Positions 1 through 4,460 of a stretch of 12,866 nucleotides of DNA are shown one piece after another. Location: positions 1-12,866 of the forward strand of contig JBHHXT010000131.1 of the NCBI GenBank assembly GCA_046757165.1, read 5' to 3'. Below the pieces are notes generated by a model. It did not search any database. It was given only the letters and a program-made list of their open reading frames with translations, and was not told the origin of the DNA. Each line of letters begins with the position of its first letter. Position 1 is the first letter of the stretch. A program made the position numbers and the translations under genes. This DNA is from a bacterium. Lineage in GTDB: Bacteria; Zhuqueibacterota; Zhuqueibacteria; Oceanimicrobiales; Oceanimicrobiaceae.

Positions 1-55
1 TTATCCCGTTAAGTTATTGCATAATCAAGCGATTAATGAATATTTGCCAATCTCT

Positions 56-74
56 CGTGAATAATCCAGGTTAG
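56..74 (-). mobile_element. Possible terminal inverted repeat of an IS/MITE extending beyond the left edge (CTAA|CCTGGATTATTCACG on the minus strand; IS1380-like)
   Basis: The reverse complement of 56-70 is CCTGGATTATTCACG, abutting a YTAR tetranucleotide (TTAG 71-74). The resemblance to IS1380-family CC-starting ends is from memory, and the partner end is not in the window. Confidence 0.3.
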
Positions 75-151
75 AGCTTAGTACCTGAAAAGTTATTTTC
101 TGTCATTTTTTGGCAAGAAATGAAAGTTAAATCCCAAAAGATAAAGGTTTT

Positions 152-223
152 ACGCAAAGACGCGAAGGCGCAAAGGGATCGCAGAGAAAAACCTTTGCGT
201 GTTCTTTGCGCCTTTGCGTTCGC
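152..223. repeat. CGCAAAG-periodic inverted repeat (long imperfect hairpin)
   Basis: Left arm units CGCAAAG 153, CGCGAAG 161, CGCAAAG 169 and CGCAGAG 180; right arm CTTTGCG at 193, 204 and 212. 161-186 pairs with 193-218. Confidence 0.85.
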
Positions 224-240
224 TTTTAGTTTTCTTTTTT

Positions 241-263
241 TGGTTCCGGTTTATCCGGCTTAG
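241..263 (+). repeat. Hairpin+YTAR end motif, copy 1 (TGGTT-CCGG-TTTAT-CCGG-C-TTAG)
   Basis: Same geometry as the copies at 273, 407, 3033, 10974 (minus) and 11636. Confidence 0.85.
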
Positions 264-272
264 GATTTCGAA

Positions 273-293
273 TTTCCGGCTTGTCCGGGTTAG
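273..293 (+). repeat. Hairpin+YTAR end motif, copy 2 (TTT-CCGG-CTTGT-CCGG-G-TTAG)
   Basis: Tandem to copy 1 and followed immediately by a second TTAG (294-297). Confidence 0.8.
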
Positions 294-302
294 TTAGTTT
301 GG

Positions 303-429
303 GGTGTTCACGCTTTAGCGCGTTTTTCCCCTGCCCCCCAGCAAGCTGAAGCTTGAACACCGGCCCCCCCCGGTCCGGAATCGTTCAATTCAGGAAAGAA
401 TCCTTTTGGTTCCGGCTTGTTCGGCTTAA
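303..429 (+). repeat. ~127-bp composite repeat: 17-bp-arm hairpin (303-319 / 345-361), spacer, then hairpin+YTAR end motif copy 3 (407-429)
   Basis: Arm GGTGTTCACGCTTTAGC matches the reverse complement of GCTGAAGCTTGAACACC at 15/17 positions (one difference is a G-U pair). The whole unit recurs at 11405-11660, interrupted by a MITE. Confidence 0.9.
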
Positions 430-448
430 GTTAGTGATTATTTGAGCT

Positions 449-478
449 AAGGTAGAGACATTATGCCATGCTTGTCAA
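449..478 (-). promoter_or_regulatory. Candidate sigma70 promoter firing leftward (TTGACA-N18-TACCTT)
   Basis: Perfect -35 TTGACA (473-478, minus strand), 18-bp spacer, -10 TACCTT (449-454). The target gene would lie left of the window. Confidence 0.55.
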
Positions 479-560
479 GTGAAAGTTGTCGCGTCCGGCG
501 ATTTTTCTCATCTCTGTACTCCCAATTGTAAGTTTGCCGTAAAGACGATGTAAAAGTTAC

Positions 561-610
561 CCCCGGGCTTCAGCCAGATCTGCCGGGCTCAGGCAGGTCT
601 TAGCCTCGGG
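561..610. other. GC-rich nested stem-loop upstream of the membrane-protein gene
   Basis: AGATCTGCC (576-584) pairs with GGCAGGTCT (592-600), enclosed by CCCGGGCT/AGCCTCGGG. Function unknown. Confidence 0.35.
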
Positions 611-638
611 ATGGAGCATTTGTACACCTGAATCACGT

Positions 639-655
639 TAGGTACAATCCTTGCC
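639..655 (+). promoter_or_regulatory. Candidate sigma54 (RpoN) -24/-12 promoter TAGGTACAATCCTTGCC
   Basis: GG (641-642) and GC (653-654) are separated by exactly 10 nt, with GGTAC and TTGC resembling TGGCAC-N5-TTGC. It lies about 63 nt upstream of ATG 718. Confidence 0.5.
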
Positions 656-717
656 GATACCAGGGCAGAGTTGGGGATGAGTGAACAAGCCTTATTAACG
701 ATCAGGAGAGTCGAGTT

Positions 718-2019
718 ATGCTCAACGACAACAGCGGTCTGGTGAAATTGATTCTGTCGATTTTACTTTTCCCGACCTTCTTTCAGGAAGCCTTTCTCTG
801 GTTTGCCTGGGGCTCGGAGGACCCGTCCTGGATGATGGTGAGCAAACGGCTGTTTCTGCTTCTGCCAGTCGGGGCCATCATCCTGGGATGCTGGATCAGC
901 GTTGCCTGTCTCTTGACGGTCATCATCCGGCCCAACCGGCAGGAGTATATCAAAAGCGTTTTCCTGACCTGGTGGGATTTGGGCAAGTCCATTGCTTCCT
1001 TCTGGGGAGGGATTTTTAAGTTCATCTTCAATTTATTTGCGGCCCTGGTAGGCCTAGTGAAAGTCGCCCTGCTCGCGTTGTGGTCCTTGGTTCAGGAATT
1101 GATTTTCATGCCGTTCCGGTTGTTGGCGAACGTCGGGCGCAACATTGCCACCTCGCCCATTCCGTGGATCGCGGTGATTCTCACCCTGTTCTGGTGCTTG
1201 ATCGAAGCGGTCATCTTCACTTACGTCACCACGCCGTTGGTGGTGGACACGTTCTCGAACATCACCGGCGACAACCTGACGGAAAACATGATCCGCATTC
1301 CGCTCTTTATTTTTCTGCTCTTCATCGTTCTGGGCAGCTATGCCGTGCTTTCGACTTTTGTCGACGCCGTGAACAAAAAGAGCGTTGCCGCCATTGCCGG
1401 GATCGGCGTGGTCGAAATCATTGTCCTGCTTGTGGAAGTCGTCTTTCTCTACCGGGAGTTCGTGGACGCGCTTGTGCCCTGGTTTGCGCAGTACTCGGAG
1501 AATTTCGAGCTGGGCGTGTTCTGGACGCTGGCGATTTCCACATTCGTGTGGTTCGGGATTCGCAGCTTGTCATGGTTTCTGTTCGCCTCACACGGCACGC
1601 CGACCATCATGACGGTGATTCAGGGCAGAGGGCTGGCCCTGGCGGACAAACGCAGTCAGCCGCTGATCGTGTACAAACCTGTTTCGGCTGATTTCATGGC
1701 GAAGATCAAGCAGGACATGGCGTGGGTTCAACGAACGGGCGACGACCTGCTGGGGTCATTCGCTCTGCCACCCCTCCAGGTTGTGGCCGCGGCCATCAAC
1801 TTCTGCATGCTGCTCATTTCGGGTCAGCACCTGTTCAGATTGCCTTTTGTAAGCATGGCCGATTTGCGCGCCGCGACGGAAACGAATACCACCTCCGTCT
1901 TCAAGAAAGACCCATCGTCCGTCGACACGGCGCTGCAGGTCCGGCACGTAACCCCAGAAGACGACTATAACCACACAAACCCTAACTTCGGAGAATTGCA
2001 CAATGTTGAGACGCGATAG
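718..2019 (+). CDS. Uncharacterised polytopic inner-membrane protein (about 7-9 hydrophobic helices, 433 aa)
   Basis: Long ORF with a strong SD (AGGAGAG ~704-710), many 20+ aa hydrophobic stretches and a polar C-terminal tail. No family recognised. Confidence 0.9.
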   Translation: MLNDNSGLVKLILSILLFPTFFQEAFLWFAWGSEDPSWMMVSKRLFLLLPVGAIILGCWISVACLLTVIIRPNRQEYIKSVFLTWWDLGKSIASFWGGIFKFIFNLFAALVGLVKVALLALWSLVQELIFMPFRLLANVGRNIATSPIPWIAVILTLFWCLIEAVIFTYVTTPLVVDTFSNITGDNLTENMIRIPLFIFLLFIVLGSYAVLSTFVDAVNKKSVAAIAGIGVVEIIVLLVEVVFLYREFVDALVPWFAQYSENFELGVFWTLAISTFVWFGIRSLSWFLFASHGTPTIMTVIQGRGLALADKRSQPLIVYKPVSADFMAKIKQDMAWVQRTGDDLLGSFALPPLQVVAAAINFCMLLISGQHLFRLPFVSMADLRAATETNTTSVFKKDPSSVDTALQVRHVTPEDDYNHTNPNFGELHNVETR

Positions 2020-2779
2020 ACTTTTTGTTGCAGCTATCGTTCTGACAATCTCTGCACTCACAGGCTGCACATTCTTCACTTCAGACGCCAAACCCAAACC
2101 ACGCCTGACCATGTTCGTCGGTGTGGACATCAGCGGCTCGTTCATGAAAAGCGGCTACTACGAAGATGCGCTCGACTTTCTGGCCCACTATCTTTACGCC
2201 CACCTCAACGGCGTCGGCGGCCTGGAAGTGCCGAACGTGTTGTTCGTGAGCTCCATCGGCGGGGCCACGGCCGACGAGCCGAAGACCTTTTACCCGATTC
2301 AAACCTTTGAAAACAAATCTGTACAAGAGATTCGCGCAACACTGGTCAAAATCTTCCCCCGCAACATTTTGAATCCATTTACCGACTACAACGCATTTTT
2401 CGAACAGTGCGCGTTGATGGTGAAAAACAAGAATCTGGTGCTGCGGCCCATCTCTATCGTCATGCTCAGCGACGGCGTTCCGGACGTCAAGAAGGACGGG
2501 GTGACGGATTTCAGAAGCTTGAAACTCAAGCCGCTGGAGAAGCTCGCCCGCAATGTCACAGTGCGCCTCCTTTACACGGACGCCGTCGTGGGCACCAAAT
2601 GGCAGACAAGAGTCCCCCGACGCCGGGTCAAGGTCTGGACACAGGACGCCGAGGTCATGGTCTCCTGGAAAGACCCGAAAATCTTGCTGCCGGACACGCC
2701 CATGGAAGAGCAAACGCATTTCTATGCCTGGATGCAAGACAATGTAGACTTTGGCGTACGCGCCCGCAGAGTCGACTAA
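2003..2779 (+). CDS. vWA (von Willebrand factor A)-domain lipoprotein with a MIDAS motif (258 aa)
   Basis: Signal peptide with lipobox LTG-C22; MIDAS DxSxS (D42-I-S-G-S46) after a hydrophobic beta-strand; downstream PFTDY and IVMLSDG motifs; SD GGAG at 1990-1993; 17-nt overlap with the upstream gene. Confidence 0.85.
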   Translation: MLRRDRLFVAAIVLTISALTGCTFFTSDAKPKPRLTMFVGVDISGSFMKSGYYEDALDFLAHYLYAHLNGVGGLEVPNVLFVSSIGGATADEPKTFYPIQTFENKSVQEIRATLVKIFPRNILNPFTDYNAFFEQCALMVKNKNLVLRPISIVMLSDGVPDVKKDGVTDFRSLKLKPLEKLARNVTVRLLYTDAVVGTKWQTRVPRRRVKVWTQDAEVMVSWKDPKILLPDTPMEEQTHFYAWMQDNVDFGVRARRVD

Positions 2780-2808
2780 GAATCTCCACTCCCCCAAACC
2801 CTGAGACA

Positions 2809-2848
2809 GATGCCACCGTGCTTGTGCGCGGTGGCATCGCCTATTTGT
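2809..2848 (+). terminator. Putative intrinsic terminator / 3' stem-loop of the two-gene operon
   Basis: GATGCCACCGTGC-TTGT-GCGCGGTGGCATC forms a 13-bp stem (one G-U) 30 nt after the stop codon. The U-tract is weak. Confidence 0.55.
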
Positions 2849-2907
2849 GGCCCTCTCTCGATTTGTGGTGTTACCGCCGAACTTTGCATTTTTTTGCAAG
2901 AAGATTA

Positions 2908-3022
2908 AACCGCAAAGACGCAATGAACGCAAAGGTCAAAATATGATAGATTATTGACTGATTGTTAGAGCCCGTCTCTTAATTAAGATTGGAACCTTTG
3001 CGAGTTTTGCGTCTTTGCGGTT
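2908..3022. repeat. CGCAAAG-family 29-bp inverted repeat with an AT-rich 57-nt spacer
   Basis: AACCGCAAAGACGCAATGAACGCAAAGGT (2908-2936) matches the reverse complement of 2994-3022 at 25/29 positions. Confidence 0.9.
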
Positions 3023-3032
3023 CATAATTTTA

Positions 3033-3052
3033 TTGCGGCTTTGCCGCGCTAG
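3033..3052 (+). repeat. Hairpin+YTAR end motif, copy 4 (TT-GCGG-CTTTG-CCGC-G-CTAG)
   Basis: Same 14-nt spacing from stem start to YTAR as the other copies, with a compensated stem GCGG/CCGC. Confidence 0.7.
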
Positions 3053-3091
3053 GATCAATCAGGTTCAGAGTCCAGTTCACTATTCGCCATT

Positions 3092-3973
3092 TCAACTGCC
3101 TACCAATTCCGCGGCCCATTCGGCAACGGCGCGGCCAATCTCGTCCGGACAATCCTCCTGGAGGTAGTGTTTGCCTTTGCCGACAAAAACAGTTTTGAGA
3201 TTCTTGAACTGGCTCTCGATTCCTGCGACATCCCTTTCTTTGAGAATCGCGCCAGGCTTGGCCCAGAGCAAAAGCTTCGGCACCTCCGAATGCTCGAGCC
3301 ACTCGTAGTAGCTGGCGATGATTTTCTCATTTCTTTCAGGATGACCCTCTATCGGAATCTCATTTGGCCAGGCAAAGACCGGTTTTCTGCTTTTCTCATC
3401 GAGAAACGGCTGCCGGTAGGCGGTCATTTCGGCGCTGGTCAGTTTTCGTACCGTGAACATCCTGAGAACCTTTTCCACAAAGAAATTCTTCTGCACAATC
3501 ATCTTATGTCCCTTGACCGGATGACGGAAACGTTTGAAAATGAACCTCTCCACGACATTGAGCTGCTTCCAGGTGTAAATTGGCCGCAGCAGCGCTTCCA
3601 TGAAAGCGAGACCTCTGACATTTCCTGGATTTCGATGCGCATAGTAGAACCCCAGCGCTGATCCCCAGTCGTGAATCACAAGAATCAAGTTTTTCAGGCC
3701 AAGTTTTTCGATAAACTCATCTAGATGGGCAGAATGGTCTTGAAATGTATAGTCGATGTCCGGTTTGTCGGACTTCCCCATGCCGATCAGGTCAGGCGCA
3801 ATGGCCCGGCCCAGCGGAATGAGGTGCGGAATCACGTTACGCCAGAGATAGCTGGAGGTCGGGTTGCCGTGCAGAAACAAGAACGGCGCGCCCTCGCCCT
3901 CATCGATGTAGTGCATCTTCGAGCCCTTGACTGTGACGTACCTGGACTGATAAGGAAAATCAGGTGAAATCAT
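3092..3973 (-). CDS. dhaA: Haloalkane dehalogenase, HLD-II subfamily (alpha/beta-hydrolase, 293 aa)
   Basis: FLHGNPTSSYLWRN (halide-binding N37), APDLIGMGKSDKP, HDWG (nucleophile D102, halide-binding W103), FMEA (acid E126), HYLQED (base H269); SD AGGAGA upstream. Confidence 0.95.
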   Translation of the reverse strand: MISPDFPYQSRYVTVKGSKMHYIDEGEGAPFLFLHGNPTSSYLWRNVIPHLIPLGRAIAPDLIGMGKSDKPDIDYTFQDHSAHLDEFIEKLGLKNLILVIHDWGSALGFYYAHRNPGNVRGLAFMEALLRPIYTWKQLNVVERFIFKRFRHPVKGHKMIVQKNFFVEKVLRMFTVRKLTSAEMTAYRQPFLDEKSRKPVFAWPNEIPIEGHPERNEKIIASYYEWLEHSEVPKLLLWAKPGAILKERDVAGIESQFKNLKTVFVGKGKHYLQEDCPDEIGRAVAEWAAELVGS

Positions 3974-3996
3974 GCTTCTCTCCTGACCTGGAATGA

Positions 3997-4048
3997 GAAA
4001 ATAAAAGCTAAACGCAAAGTTCGCAAAGTTTACGCAAAGAGCGCCAAG
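3997..4048 (+). repeat. Solo arm of the CGCAAAG repeat family (4 units, 9-11 nt period)
   Basis: AAAATAAAAGCTAAACGCAAAGTTCGCAAAGTTTACGCAAAGAGCGCCAAG resembles the reverse complement of 193-238, including the A-rich flank. Confidence 0.75.
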
Positions 4049-4076
4049 AAAAACAACTTGCAGGACTTCAAGGATA

Positions 4077-4104
4077 ATACTACAAAAGAATCATCCAAAA
4101 GCAA
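4077..4104 (-). promoter_or_regulatory. Possible sigma70 promoter for dhaA (TTGCTT-N16-TAGTAT)
   Basis: Minus-strand hexamers at 4099-4104 and 4077-4082, about 100 nt upstream of the dhaA start. Partial consensus only. Confidence 0.3.
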
Positions 4105-4124
4105 GAAGTTCTTACCCCGGAATG

Positions 4125-4214
4125 TAATGGGTCAGTTACGGTGAGAGTAGCGCAGGCATCCTGCCTGCAGTCTGGAAGACTGCATTACATTTTCCACCCG
4201 CAACTGACCGATTA
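4125..4214. mobile_element. 90-bp MITE with IS4-like terminal inverted repeats and a 10-bp target-site duplication
   Basis: TIRs TAATGGGTCAGTT (4125-4137) and AACTGACCGATTA (4202-4214) match at 12/13 and extend imperfectly inward. Direct repeat CCCCGGAATG flanks it at 4115-4124 and 4215-4224. An alternative reading one base wider gives an 8-bp TSD. Confidence 0.85.
4147..4188. repeat. Fused inverted pair of GTAR-type REP hairpins inside the MITE
   Basis: Plus strand GTAG-C-GCAGGCA-TCC-TGCCTGC (4147-4168); minus strand GTAA-TGCAGTCT-TCC-AGACTGCA (4188-4166). The stems differ, the TCC loop is the same, and they overlap by 3 nt. Confidence 0.85.
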
Positions 4215-4226
4215 CCCCGGAATGAA

Positions 4227-4336
4227 TGTCCCCCATTTTTTGGGGACAGCCAATTCAAGACCAGATCCAACATCCCGCCTTTGCGGGACAACCGTGTTCT
4301 CGTTCCAAATCCGCTACACAGTTGCAAACTGTGTAG
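4227..4336. repeat. Three further short palindromes in the dhaA / secreted-protein divergent intergenic region
   Basis: TGTCCCC..GGGGACA (4227-4248); TCCCGC-CTTT-GCGGGA (4273-4288); perfect CTACACAGTT-GCA-AACTGTGTAG (4314-4336). Confidence 0.65.
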
Positions 4337-4460
4337 GATCACTTTTTCTCCATTCTTGAGCCTCCGCCCGGCTCACGCCAGAAGCCCGCTTCGTTTTCCC
4401 TCAAGTTCAAATCCGGCCGTCCGATAACGATTGTTAACAAAAAGAAAAGGATGTTGTGAA

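Noticed and set aside
152..430. Repeat cluster considered as a CRISPR array
   Set aside because: There are no identical direct repeats with regular unique spacers, and no cas genes.
576..602. GGCAGGTCT reads AGACCTGCC on the minus strand, like the cobalamin riboswitch B12 box
   Set aside because: The other conserved elements (GGGAA, GCCACTG, the AGYCAG preceding the box) are absent, and it is explained as one arm of a local hairpin.
2003..2030. RR in MLRRDRLF as a Tat signal
   Set aside because: It lacks the RRxFL consensus. A Sec/SPII lipoprotein signal explains it adequately.
2965..2985. TTAGAGCCCGTCTCTTAA resembling the TIR of the MITE at 11418-11550
   Set aside because: Only 10/15 positions match and there is no partner end, so it is too weak to call.
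3055..3094. Faint 7-nt periodicity (TCACTAT TCGCCAT TTCA) just downstream of dhaA
   Set aside because: Only two degenerate units are present, which cannot be distinguished from chance.
3092..3973. dhaA as a recent horizontal acquisition because parts look AT-rich
   Set aside because: The AT-rich stretch I checked coincides with the Lys/Phe-rich cap, while another part is GC-rich. There is no integrase, transposase or matching pair of flanking ends.
4431..4460. Upstream TTG start for the secreted protein, and the 12811 start for the choice-of-anchor B gene
   Set aside because: The downstream ATGs (4461 and 12769) put the signal peptides at the N-terminus. ATG 4461 has an SD, and the 12811 start lies within a repeat.
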